A stretch of DNA of 64,000 bases from an uncultured delta proteobacterium. Lineage in GTDB: Bacteria > Desulfobacterota > Binatia > JACPRU01. A model generated the notes under the pieces. It saw only the letters and a list, made by a program, of their open reading frames with translations, ran no database searches and had not been told where the DNA came from. The DNA lies in assembly GCA_963745025.1 (NCBI GenBank), contig CAVUWD010000019.1, positions 160,001 to 224,000 on the forward strand, given 5' to 3'. Shown in pieces: positions 11,577 to 21,790 of this stretch; positions within the stretch are counted from its first letter, which is position 1; every line of letters begins with the position of its first letter. A program made the translations under genes and the position numbers.

Positions 11577-12600
11577 TCACTTCGCCCGCACCAGCTCGTC
11601 GTCGATCGTCTTCTGGAAGACCTCGAACGGCTGTGCGCCCCGGATCGAAATGCCGTTCACGAAGAAGCCGGGCGTGCCGCTGATGCCGGCCTTCTGGCCG
11701 ACGTCGAGCGACTTCTTGATCGTCGCATCGTACTTGTTCGAGGCGAGGCAGGCGTCGAACTTCGCCGGATCTAGCTTCAGGTCGCTCGCCCATTTCGTGA
11801 AGTTGTCGGCGGAGAACTCGTGCTGATGCTCGAAGAGGAGCGTATGATACTGCTTCGTACTTTCCTTGCTCGTCCGCGCAGTGGCTCGCAACGGCCGCTT
11901 GCATCGCGAACGGGTGGATGCTCGTCAGCGGGAAATCCATGAACACGTGATGGATCTTGCCGTCGTACTTCTCGAGCACCTTTTTGACGGCGTCCTGAGA
12001 GCGTCCGCAGAAGGGGCACTGATAGTCGGAGAATTCGACGAAGGTGATCGGTGCGTTCACCGGACCCTCGGCGTGGCCGGTCGAGGTGTCGATGTCAAAG
12101 CGCGGGGGCGAGATGTTGATGGTGATCTTCGCTTCCTGCTTGAGCTCGCGGATGTAATCGGCTTGTCGCGTGTTGATCGCTTGAGTCGCCAGCATGTCCT
12201 TGATGTGGGGTCCGAGGGTCTCGAGCGTCGCGTCGCCCGTCCGCCCCTTCAGCTTGTCGAAGGCGGCCTTGACGTCCTCGTCCGTCGGCAATTTCGCCTT
12301 GTCGGTGATCTCGCGCTTGACGAGATCGTCCTTGGGAATGCCGAGCGACTTCGCCTTGTCCGCGAGCAGCGCGTCCTCGATCATCTGATCGAGCTTCGCC
12401 TTGCGCGCTTCGTATCGTTCGCTTTCGATCTTGGCGAGCTGGGTTTTGATCGACTCGTCGAGCTCGTGAATCGTGATCGTCTTCGTGCCGATCTTGGCGG
12501 CCACGTCGGATTCTTCATGGGAGCCCGGGAACGACCCGCAGCCCTGCCCCGCCAAGCTGGCTCCCGCCAGAAGGAATAACCCAGCAATCGAATTTTTCAT
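11577..12600 (-). CDS. DsbA-family thioredoxin-fold lipoprotein with SurA-like N-terminal helical domain (one frameshift near 11860)
   Basis: Lipobox-like GQGC, VEFSDYQCPFC, DFPL..H..A..AA, GISGTPGFFVNG..IRGAQPFEVF. Confidence 0.85.
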
Positions 12601-12675
12601 GAATGCAAACACCGTAAGGCAAAGGGTCTGGCCAGTCAATCATCGAACGCCCGTTGATTTGCTCACGACCGTCTG

Positions 12676-15309
12676 GTGTCTAGGCTCCGCTTGAGAGCTG
12701 CGCGCCTCCTTTTCCACGCCGCGGTCGCGGTGGTCTCCGTGTCGCTCTCGGCGCGGGCCGCAGACGATCGTCCCGAGGTCGCGATTCGCGCTCGGCTCGA
12801 CTTCGACGCGCCCGAGATCAGCGGCGCCGCGGATGTTCGCTGGCGAAACGCGGGCGCCGTGCCGGCACGGACGCTTCGGGTCTTCCTGTTCGCGAATCGC
12901 TTTCGGTCGATCGATTCGCTGAACGATCTGGCGCGACACTTACTGATCGCGGGCCAAGCGTTCCGGCCGGGCGGAACGGACCTCGTGTCCGTGAGTGAAG
13001 CGGGAGCGTCGCTTTCCTGGCGCTTCGAGAACGTGCCGTCGTTGCCGCCGCACACCGTGGCGGCGGTCGATCTGGGTCGCGACGTTTTGCCGGGCGAGGA
13101 GATCGCCGTGACGATCGACTTCCGCACGCGGCTGCCGAATCTTCTCGATACCTTCGGCGACGTCGACGGGCTCGTGGTCGCCGACGGCGGTTGGTATCCG
13201 CTGCCGCTTGCCGTCGATTCGACGTCCGCGAACGATCTCTGTGCTTCGAGCGTCGCGACCCGTGCCGAGCTCTCGATCCCCGCGGGGAGCAGCTTGCTCG
13301 TGAACGGCAGGCGCTTCGCCGCTAACGCTGGCATCGAAGTCACGGCTCCGGCGGGGGAACGCCTGTCATTTGTGCTGTCACGCACGCCCTTCGAGACGAG
13401 CTCGTTTCGCGTCGGCGGGCGAACGGTCGAGATCGATACCGTCCCCGCTCGCGAGCTCGCGCATCGCATTTCCCCGGGCCAGGCGCCCCTCGAGGTGCTC
13501 GCAGACACGCTGCCCTCGATCCTCGCCGAGTCGAGCGAAGAACGATCGCTGCGGGTCGTGCGGCTGCCGCTGCGCTGGTATCCGTCAGCGTCGGCCCCGG
13601 GAATGGTGCTGGTGTCGGATCGATTGTTCGAGATCTTTCCGATTCTTCGCCCGCTCCATCAACGCGAGCTCGCCTACGCGGTCTTTCTCGAGGAGGAAAC
13701 GAGGAGAGCCGCGGCGCGCGAGCCTCCCGCCGATGCGCCGTGGATCGCCGAAGGGCTCGCCTGGCGCCGTGCCGAGGCACTCTATCGAGCGCGCTTTCGC
13801 GGCGGCCGAGAGGTCAAGGACTGGATTCGCCTCTTCGACGTGTTCGCGATCGTCGATCGCTTCGAAACGGCTCCGCGGATCCCGTTCGTCCGGCCGTTCT
13901 TCCCGGTCGCGGTATCGGATGATCCGCTCGGCATTCGGCTCGGGGGCGTCTGCCAGGACCGACCGCCGGGACGCTTCGTATTCGACAAGCTCGAGGCGAA
14001 GCTCCGCCCTGTGACCTTCGCAGCGGTGCTCGAGCGATACCGCCGAGGTCGGGATCCGTTGAGAGACGTCGTCAGGACGGCCGGCGGAGAAGACGCCGAC
14101 CGCTTCCTCGCCGCTTGGCTCCGTCCGCACGTCCCGGTCAACTATGCGCTCCGCGAGGTCGAGCTGGATCCCGCGGGCAAGCCCGGCGCGCGCTTCACGA
14201 TCGCGCGCATGAGCCCCGAGGCCCGTCCGGACAGCTTGGAGGTCGCGCTCGAAGAGGAAGGCGACGCGGAACCCGAGACGTCGTTCGTCGATCTGGGCGA
14301 CCCCTCGAACGCGGTCGAGCTCGCGGCGAGCAAGAAAGTACGTGCGCTGCAGCTCGACCCGGAGCGGAAGACCGTCGAGACCCGCCTCGACGACGACCGC
14401 GTACCTTCCGAGTATCAGTTCTTGCTCGACAGCGCCGACGTCGAGGTCTCGTCGACGGAATTCGGGATCTCGACGCTGCTCGTCGGCCGGCGACGTTACG
14501 ATTACCAGAAGGACCTGGCCGCGGCCGGATTCTACACGAGCCGGGGCTACGGCGTGGATGCCGGTCTGCAGTTACACGGGGGAAAGCCAATCGACGCCAA
14601 CCTCTACCGCCAGAACCTCTTCGCCTACTATTCGATCGAAGAGCTCGACTCCTCCTTCGAGAACAAGCAGGCGCCCGACGTGCGCACCCGGGGGCGGCTC
14701 GGCGGCTTCGGCCTGCGCTTCAATTCGTACGACGCGTTCTGGTTCGAGAATCCCGCGGGCTCGCACCACTTGCGGCTCTTCTTCGATGGCTATGACCGCG
14801 CGCTCGGCGGAGACTTCGGCTTCGTACGGGGCGGCGGAAGCCTCGCCTACACCCTGCCGCTGCGCGAGGACACCGTTCTCGCCGCGCAGGTGCTGAACGG
14901 CTACAGCGCCGCGACGGGCCACGGCCCGATCCCCAACCAGGGGCTCTTCAGCCTCGGGGGATTCCGTTCGATCCGCGGCATCGGAGCGGAAGACGAGCTC
15001 GCCAAGGATATCGTCGTGGTGCGCGCGGAGCTCCGTCGCATGCTGCCCTGGCGGCTCGACTTGAACTTCGAGGACGTGTTGATCGCACGCCGGCTGCAGG
15101 CAAAGGTCTTCGTGGATACCGGGCGCGTCGAAAACTCCTCGCGGCGGCTCTACGATCCATCCGGGTTCGCAGTCGGCGTCGGCGGAGGGCTGAACCTGTT
15201 TTACGACTTCATGGGATTCTTCCCGACCACGTTCTATCTCGACGTCGCCACGCGCGCCGACAAGGCCGGTAAGGCGCAAGTGCTGTTCGGCGTCGGCCAG
15301 CCGTTCTGA
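12676..15309 (+). CDS. Large exported protein: M1-aminopeptidase-like region plus C-terminal Omp85/BamA-type beta-barrel
   Basis: Signal peptide, GWYP, WIAEGLA, LDPERKTVETRLDDD, SLGGFRSIRG, VFVDTGRV, C-terminal GQPF. Confidence 0.65.
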   Translation: MSRLRLRAARLLFHAAVAVVSVSLSARAADDRPEVAIRARLDFDAPEISGAADVRWRNAGAVPARTLRVFLFANRFRSIDSLNDLARHLLIAGQAFRPGGTDLVSVSEAGASLSWRFENVPSLPPHTVAAVDLGRDVLPGEEIAVTIDFRTRLPNLLDTFGDVDGLVVADGGWYPLPLAVDSTSANDLCASSVATRAELSIPAGSSLLVNGRRFAANAGIEVTAPAGERLSFVLSRTPFETSSFRVGGRTVEIDTVPARELAHRISPGQAPLEVLADTLPSILAESSEERSLRVVRLPLRWYPSASAPGMVLVSDRLFEIFPILRPLHQRELAYAVFLEEETRRAAAREPPADAPWIAEGLAWRRAEALYRARFRGGREVKDWIRLFDVFAIVDRFETAPRIPFVRPFFPVAVSDDPLGIRLGGVCQDRPPGRFVFDKLEAKLRPVTFAAVLERYRRGRDPLRDVVRTAGGEDADRFLAAWLRPHVPVNYALREVELDPAGKPGARFTIARMSPEARPDSLEVALEEEGDAEPETSFVDLGDPSNAVELAASKKVRALQLDPERKTVETRLDDDRVPSEYQFLLDSADVEVSSTEFGISTLLVGRRRYDYQKDLAAAGFYTSRGYGVDAGLQLHGGKPIDANLYRQNLFAYYSIEELDSSFENKQAPDVRTRGRLGGFGLRFNSYDAFWFENPAGSHHLRLFFDGYDRALGGDFGFVRGGGSLAYTLPLREDTVLAAQVLNGYSAATGHGPIPNQGLFSLGGFRSIRGIGAEDELAKDIVVVRAELRRMLPWRLDLNFEDVLIARRLQAKVFVDTGRVENSSRRLYDPSGFAVGVGGGLNLFYDFMGFFPTTFYLDVATRADKAGKAQVLFGVGQPF

Positions 15310-15312
15310 ATC

Positions 15313-15379
15313 GGCTACCGGCTACCGACTGCCGGCAAAGACTTCGCGGTGTCTTTCCGGTAGCCTGTAGCCGGTAGCC
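15313..15379. repeat. GGCTACn/nGTAGCC heptamer palindrome (REP-like)
   Basis: GGCTACC GGCTACC GACTGCC GGC AAAGAC..GTCTTT CC GGTAGCC TGTAGCC GGTAGCC. Confidence 0.8.
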
Positions 15380-15434
15380 TGTTGGAGACGCCGGGTTGTG
15401 GATGCCGGCCATTCTTCGCTAGTTTCTGAGTCAC

Positions 15435-16811
15435 ATGCGCGCGCTTCTGATCTCGGCGAATACCGAAAAGATTCCCGACCCCGTCTATCCGATCGGTGCG
15501 GCGGCGGTAGGCGCGGCCGCGCGGCGAGCGGGCCACGAGGTCGAGGCGCTCGATCTCTGCTTCGCCGAGGACGCACGGTCGCTGGTCGTCGACGCGATTC
15601 GCGATTTCAAGCCGCAGGCGGTCGGGCTGTCGCTTCGCAATCTCGACAACTCGGCGTATCCCGAGAACTGCTCCTACATCGAGGACTATCGCGCGCTTGT
15701 CTCGTGGGTGCGACAGACGACCGAAGCGCCGGTGGTGCTCGGCGGCGCCGGCTTCACGGTCATGCCGACGACGATCCTCGAGGAGCTCCACGCCGACTAC
15801 GGGGTCGTCGGTGAGGGCGAGTTCGCGTTTCCCTGGCTGCTCGGCGAGATCGAGCGCGGCGGCCCGCTACGGGACGACGGAAGCTTCACTTGTCGGTCCG
15901 TGAACGGAGGAATGCTCGTCTCGGCGAACGCACGCATCAAGCAGCTCGATCTGGCGGGCGAGCCCGAGCGCGGTCTCTTCGACGTGCACCGCTACTACGA
16001 GCGCGGGGGCTGTCTGAACGTCCAGACCAAGCGCGGCTGCTGCTTCGAGTGCGTGTTCTGCAGCTATCCGCTGATCGAGGGCAGCAAGGTGCGCGCCCGC
16101 AGTCCCGAGCGGGTGGTCGACGAGATCGCCGACCTGCGATCCCGTTACGGAGTACGGCACCTCTTCGTCGTCGACAACATCTTCAACTTTCCGCTGCCGC
16201 ACGCGAAACGGATCTGCGAGGAGCTTCGCAGGCGACGTCTCGACGTCGAGTGGTCGGGCTACCTGAATCCGAAGTTCGTCGACGAGGAGCTGGTGCGGTT
16301 GATGGCGGCCTCTGGATGCAACAGCGTCGAGTTCGGCACCGATTCGGGGTCGGCGACGATGATCGCCAACCTGCGGAAGGAATTCGACGCTGAGGATCTC
16401 CGCCGCTCGAGCCGGCTCTGCCACCGCTACGGCGTCAAGTTCGCCCACAGCCTGATCTTCGGCGGCCCGGGAGAGACCCGCGAAACCATCGAGGAGACCC
16501 TCCGCCTGATGGACGAGCTCGAGCCCACCGCGGTGATCGCGTTCACCGGAATCCGCGTCTTGCCGGGCACGGGCATGGTGGAATTGGCTTTGCGCGACGG
16601 ACAGATCGATGCCGATGACAATCTCCTTCACCCCAAGTTCTACATCGCGCGGTCGCTCGGCGAGGAGCTGATCGCGACGATCGAGAATCACGCGGCGAGC
16701 CGGTCGAATTGGATCGTTCCCGGAAAGGGGATCCGGACCAACATCAGGATGCTGCAGAGGCTGCGCGACAAGAAGATCAAGGGTCAGCTGTGGCGGCTAC
16801 TGCGCCGGTGA
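15435..16811 (+). CDS. Cobalamin-binding radical SAM protein (resembles the 'lipid biosynthesis B12-binding/radical SAM' family)
   Basis: PDPVYPIG, GLSLRNLDN, QTKRGCCFECVFCSYP (CxxxCxxC), VDNIFN, FGGPGET. Confidence 0.85.
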   Translation: MRALLISANTEKIPDPVYPIGAAAVGAAARRAGHEVEALDLCFAEDARSLVVDAIRDFKPQAVGLSLRNLDNSAYPENCSYIEDYRALVSWVRQTTEAPVVLGGAGFTVMPTTILEELHADYGVVGEGEFAFPWLLGEIERGGPLRDDGSFTCRSVNGGMLVSANARIKQLDLAGEPERGLFDVHRYYERGGCLNVQTKRGCCFECVFCSYPLIEGSKVRARSPERVVDEIADLRSRYGVRHLFVVDNIFNFPLPHAKRICEELRRRRLDVEWSGYLNPKFVDEELVRLMAASGCNSVEFGTDSGSATMIANLRKEFDAEDLRRSSRLCHRYGVKFAHSLIFGGPGETRETIEETLRLMDELEPTAVIAFTGIRVLPGTGMVELALRDGQIDADDNLLHPKFYIARSLGEELIATIENHAASRSNWIVPGKGIRTNIRMLQRLRDKKIKGQLWRLLRR

Positions 16812-16829
16812 GTTCGCGGCCGAGTGCGG

Positions 16830-17816
16830 ATGCCTGAGGTGCGTGGCCTGGTCTCCGTCGTTCGTCGTTTTCCCCGCACGCGCCTGCTCGTGGTCGGTGA
16901 CCTCATGCTCGACCAGTTCATCTCCGGACGGGTGAGCCGCATCTCGCCGGAGGCGCCCGTGCCGGTCGTGCAGGTGACGGGGGAAAGCTTTCACCTCGGG
17001 GGCGCGGCGAACGTGGCTGCCAACATCCGCGCGCTCGGCGGGCAGGCGGCGATCGTCGGCGTGGTCGGCACCGACGCACCCGGCGGGCGGTTGACCCGCG
17101 ACCTTCAGTCGATCGGCGTCGGTGTCTCCGGGGTCGTCCGGGGGGCGGCGTATCCAACGATCCGCAAGATACGCATTCTCGCCCACCAGCAGCAGGTGGT
17201 TCGTCTCGACCGCGAGCCGCGCGCGCTCGACGAGCGCCTGACGCGGAAAGTCGTTGCCCGCGTGCTGCGTTCGCTCGAAGGGTTCGACGGTGTCATCGTC
17301 TCCGACTACAACAAAGGGGTGGTGAGCCGCGCGCTCCTCGAGCGGCTCGGTGAGCGGGCCGACGGCAAGCCGATGCTGTTCATCGATCCCAAGAAGGGGA
17401 ACTTCCAGCACTACGTGGGCGCAACGCTCGTCAAACCGAACTTGGAAGCGGCATCGCTCGCCTCGGGTATCGAAATCGTCGACGAAAGCTCGCTCGCCAA
17501 GGCCGGCGAGCGGTTGCTCGAGCAGTGGCGGTGCGAGGCGGTGTTGATCTCGCGGGGCGAGGAAGGCATGACGCTGTTCCGCAGGAATCGTCGCATGGAA
17601 CACTTTCCGACGGCCGCTCGCGAGGTTTACGACGTGACGGGCGCGGGGGATACCGTGCTCGCGACCGTCGCGTTGGCGCTTGCTGCCGGCGCCACCTTCG
17701 AGGATGCGGCCGTGCTCGCGAACCGTGCCGCCGGGATCGTCATCGGCAAGCTCGGCACCGCGACGGCGTCGGCCGAGGAGCTCGTCGCCGATCTACGAAG
17801 GACGTCTCCGGCGTGA
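16830..17816 (+). CDS. rfaE1: D-glycero-beta-D-manno-heptose-7-phosphate kinase
   Basis: VVGDLMLD, RISPEAPVPVV, GGAANVA, SDYNKG, DVTGAGDT. Confidence 0.93.
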   Translation: MPEVRGLVSVVRRFPRTRLLVVGDLMLDQFISGRVSRISPEAPVPVVQVTGESFHLGGAANVAANIRALGGQAAIVGVVGTDAPGGRLTRDLQSIGVGVSGVVRGAAYPTIRKIRILAHQQQVVRLDREPRALDERLTRKVVARVLRSLEGFDGVIVSDYNKGVVSRALLERLGERADGKPMLFIDPKKGNFQHYVGATLVKPNLEAASLASGIEIVDESSLAKAGERLLEQWRCEAVLISRGEEGMTLFRRNRRMEHFPTAAREVYDVTGAGDTVLATVALALAAGATFEDAAVLANRAAGIVIGKLGTATASAEELVADLRRTSPA

Positions 17817-18694
17817 GGAGCATGACCGGATTCGGAGCCGCAACGGTGCGGCTCGGCGCCCGCTCGCGAGGCTCGATCACCGTCGAGGTGAAGAGCCTCA
17901 ACCAACGCTTTCTTGACCTCAAGCTCTCTCTTCCCAAGGAGTACGCGGTCTGGGAGGGTGACGTGCGGAAGATCGTTCAGGAGCACGTGGCGCGCGGACG
18001 CGTGGAGGTGTACGTCGGCCGCAGCGTCTCCGGGAATGACCGTCCGCCGATCGAGCTCGACGAGGATCTGGCGCGCGCCTACGTCGAACAATGGCGGCGG
18101 CTCAAGCGCGCGCTCCGTCTGGCCGGCGACGTGGACCTTTCCCTGCTCAAGGGAATCCCCGACCTCTACCGCGCGCGTGACGTGGCCGCGGTTCCGGAAG
18201 CCGAGCGCTCGCTGCTCGCCCGCGCCCTGGCTGCCGCGCTCCGCGAGCTCGATCGGTCGCGTCTGCGCGAGGGCGAGCATCTCGCCACCGACATGGGCGA
18301 GCGCATCCGCGCGCTCGAGACCCTCGCCGCGGGAATGGCCGAGCGCGCGGACGCGAGTCGGCAGGATACACGGCGGCGGATCGAGGAGCGCATGCAAGAG
18401 CTGCTTGCGGGTAAGGTCGACGATTCGCGCATCCTCCAAGAGGTGGCCTTTCAAGTGGAGCGAAGCGACGTCACCGAAGAGATCGTGCGTTTGCGCAGTC
18501 ACCTCGGCGGCCTCCAGGGTCTGATCGAAGCCGAGGACGCGGTCGGCAAACGGATCGATTTTCTCCTTCAGGAAGTGCAGCGGGAGGTCAATACCGTGGC
18601 GTCGAAGTCGAGCGATCTTCGTCTCACGCAGCTCGCCGTCGAGGCGAAGGGAGAGGTGGAGAAGATTCGGGAACAGGTGCAGAATGTTGAATAG
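17813..18694 (+). CDS. yicC: YicC/YloC family endoribonuclease
   Basis: RSMTGFG, EVKSLNQRFLD, DVTEEIVRLRSH, GKRIDFLLQE..REVNT..SK, EKIREQVQNVE. Confidence 0.93.
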   Translation: MRSMTGFGAATVRLGARSRGSITVEVKSLNQRFLDLKLSLPKEYAVWEGDVRKIVQEHVARGRVEVYVGRSVSGNDRPPIELDEDLARAYVEQWRRLKRALRLAGDVDLSLLKGIPDLYRARDVAAVPEAERSLLARALAAALRELDRSRLREGEHLATDMGERIRALETLAAGMAERADASRQDTRRRIEERMQELLAGKVDDSRILQEVAFQVERSDVTEEIVRLRSHLGGLQGLIEAEDAVGKRIDFLLQEVQREVNTVASKSSDLRLTQLAVEAKGEVEKIREQVQNVE

Positions 18695-18736
18695 CGCGTC
18701 GTCGATCACCCCACTGATGCTCGGCGATGAAGGAGC

Positions 18737-18902
18737 GCGTCCGTTTCCGGTCGATCCGTACTCGGGTCGACCGGAAACGGACGCAATTGCGCGAAGCGCG
18801 GAAAGCAATAGACCGAGTCCTCGGCTATTGCCTTCCGCGCTCGCGCGCGGTGGGGTGGATGTTCCGGTAGATCCGAGTGCGGATCTACCGGAACATCCAC
18901 CC
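18737..18902. repeat. Three-hairpin intergenic element, copy 1
   Basis: Hairpins at 18737-18784, 18789-18848 and 18853-18902; the last has a perfect 23-bp stem. Homologous to 30755-30917. Confidence 0.85.
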
Positions 18903-18934
18903 GTTGCTCATCAACCCACAAACGGGAAAGTGGT

Positions 18935-19540
18935 GTGACGCTCATTGATTTTCGCCGCCGAGGCATTCTCTTCATCGTCTCGGCGCCCTCGGGCGCGGGG
19001 AAGACGACGATCTCGGGCCGTGCGCTGCGCGAAATCGGCGGTCTCGAGATGTCCGTATCCTGCGCGACCCGGGCGCCGCGCCCCGGCGAGGTCGATGGCC
19101 GTGACTACACCTTCCTCGATCGGAAGGAATTCGAGCGCCGCCTCGGCCGCGGTGAGTTCGCGGAGTCGGCCGAGGTTCACGGTTTCCTCTACGGCACGCC
19201 GCGCTTGCCGATCGATCGGGCCCTTGCGGAGGGACGGGACATGCTCCTTGACATCGACGTCCAGGGGGCTCGACAGATGAAGGACGGCTACCCCGCGGAC
19301 GCGGTCGCGGTCTTCGTCCTGCCGCCCTCGGAGGCCGAGCTCGAGCGGCGGCTGCGCACGCGCGGCACCGACTCCGAGGAGGTGATCCGCCGCCGTCTGG
19401 AGCGGGCCCGGGCGGAGATGGCGGAGTATCGAAGCTACGACTACCACCTGATCAACCGCGACGTCGCCGAGAGCGTTCGGCTGCTCGCCTCCATCGTTGC
19501 GGCCGAGCGGGTTCGCATATCGCGGCTGGTGGCACGATAG
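18935..19540 (+). CDS. gmk: Guanylate kinase
   Basis: SAPSGAGKTT, TRAPRPGEVDGRDY, YGTP, LDIDVQGA. Confidence 0.95.
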   Translation: MTLIDFRRRGILFIVSAPSGAGKTTISGRALREIGGLEMSVSCATRAPRPGEVDGRDYTFLDRKEFERRLGRGEFAESAEVHGFLYGTPRLPIDRALAEGRDMLLDIDVQGARQMKDGYPADAVAVFVLPPSEAELERRLRTRGTDSEEVIRRRLERARAEMAEYRSYDYHLINRDVAESVRLLASIVAAERVRISRLVAR

Positions 19541-19608
19541 CGAAGGTCGGGGCGACTCGGCCGCGCGCTTTCCCCCTACGATTCGGGTGCTAGACTGAGC
19601 TGGCCGCC

Positions 19609-21790
19609 ATGACCCTCCAAGATCTCATCAACCGCGTCCAAGCCTACAATCCGGTCGCCGATACCGGCACGATCAGCCGGGCCTACGAGTTCTCGGCCGA
19701 CGTCCATCGCGGCCAAAAACGGCTGTCGGGCGAGCCCTACCTCACCCATCCCCTGGAGGTCGCCGGGATCATCGCCGAGCTGAGGCTCGACGTGCCGAGC
19801 GATCGCCACGGGGCTGCTGCACGACACCGTCGAGGACACGCTGACGACGCTCCGGCAGATCGAGCAGATCTTCGGCCCCGAGATCGCCTCTCTCGTCGAC
19901 GGCGTCACGAAGATCAGCCAGATCAACTTCACCACGCGCGAGGAGAAGCAGGCCGAGAACTTCCGCAAGATGATCCTCGCGATGGCGCGCGACATCCGCG
20001 TCATCCTGGTCAAGCTCGCCGACCGCACGCACAACATGCGCACGCTCGGCCACCTGCCGACGGACAAGCAGCTCGAGATCGCCCAGGAGACGCTCGACAT
20101 CTACGCGCCGCTCGCGCACCGCCTCGGCATCTACTGGATGAAGACCGAGCTCGAGGACAACGCGCTGCGCTACCTCCACCCCGAGGTCTACTACCAGCTC
20201 AAGCGCAGCGATCGCGAAGAAGAAGGACGAGCGCGAGCGCTACATCAAGGAAGTCATCGGCGTGCTCGCGAAGAAGCTCGAAGCGGCGGGCGTCGAGGCG
20301 CGAGGTCACGGGCCGGCCGAAGCACTTCTACTCGATCTACCAGAAGATGCAGCAGCAGAACCTGCTCTACGACCAGATCTACGACCTGGTCGCGTTCCGC
20401 ATCCTCGTCGACACGCGTCCGCGAGTGCTACGAGGCGCTCGGCGTCGTGCACGCGAACTGGAAGCCGGTGCCCGGCCGCTTCAAGGACTACATCGCGCTG
20501 CCCAAGGCGAACTGCTACCAGTCGCTGCACACGACCGTGATCGGTCCGTACGGCGAGCGCATCGAGGTGCAGATCCGCACGCACGAGATGCACCGCGTGG
20601 CCGAGTACGGGATCGCCGCGCACTGGAGGTACAAGGGGTCGGCAGCGGATGCGTCCCGAAGACGCGCAGCGCTTCGCCTGGCTGCGCCAGCTCGCTCGAG
20701 TGGCAGCAGCATCTGCACGACCCGCAGGAGTTCCTGCAGATCCGTCAAGGAGGACCTGTTCGCCGAGGAGGTCTTCGTCTTCACGCCGAAGGGCGACATC
20801 CTGAATTTCCCCGAGGGCGCGACGGTCATCGACTTCGCCTACCGGATCCACTCCGAGGTCGGCCATCACTGCACCGGCGCGCGCGGCGAACGGCAAGCTC
20901 GTGCCGCTGCGCTACCAGCTGCAGAGCGGCGACACGGTCGAGATCATCACCACGCCGCAGCAGACGCCGTCCAAGGACTGGCTGAAGATCGTCAAGACGC
21001 CACGCGGCGAGCTCGAAGATCCGCGCCTGGATCAAGGCTCAGCAGCGCACGCGGAGCGTGGACCGTCGGCCGTGAGATCCTCGAGCGCGATCTCGGACGT
21101 TACAAGCTCGAGGTTTCCAAGCTCCGCAAGGACGGTCGGCTCGACAAGCTGCTCGAGGAGCTGAGCCTCAAGGACGAAGAAGGCCTGCTCGCCGCAGTCG
21201 GCTACGGCCGCATCACCCCGCATCAAGTGCTGTCGAAGCTGTTGCCGCCGGGGGAGTTGAAGGAGCATCCGGCCGCGAAGCCGGAGGGAGCGCTCAAGAA
21301 GCTCTTTCGACTGGTGGCGCGCCAGCAGGCCCCTGGTCAGCGAGGGCGCGTCGACGGCGTACGGGTGAGCGGCGTCGAGGACGTGCTGGTTCGCTTCGGG
21401 CGCTGCTGTAGCCCACTACCGGGAGAGTCGATCGCCGGCTTCATCACCCTCGGCCGCGGCGTCACGGTGCACTCCGCGAGCTGCCCGCGCGTGATGGAGA
21501 GCGATTCCGCACGCCGTGTCGACGTCGTCTGGGACGGAGTGGCGACGGCCCTACGCGCGGTGAAGGTCGAGGTGGTCTGCGTCGATCAGCCGGGGATGCT
21601 CGCCTCGATTTCGAAGGTGATCAGCTCGAGCGGCATCAACATTGCGCGCGCCGAGGTGCGGACCGACGGTCAGCAGCGGGCGGTCTCGAGCTTCCATCTC
21701 ATGGTGACGAGCGCCGAGGCGCTGAACCACGTGATGCGGGCGATTGGCAAGCTCCGTGGCGTGCTGCGCGTCAGTCGAGTGGCCGCATGA
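19609..21790 (+). CDS. relA: Bifunctional (p)ppGpp synthetase/hydrolase (frameshifted)
   Basis: GQKRLSGEPY..HP, LLHDTVED, KLADRTHNMRT, APLAHRLG, RFKDYI..PK.N.YQSLHT, EVQIRT, plus TGS and ACT domains. Confidence 0.92.

Noticed and set aside
18684-18975. ORFs with apparent peptide repeats (PVDP..D.PE) between yicC and gmk
   Set aside because: They are by-products of the palindromic three-hairpin DNA element and show no protein-family features.
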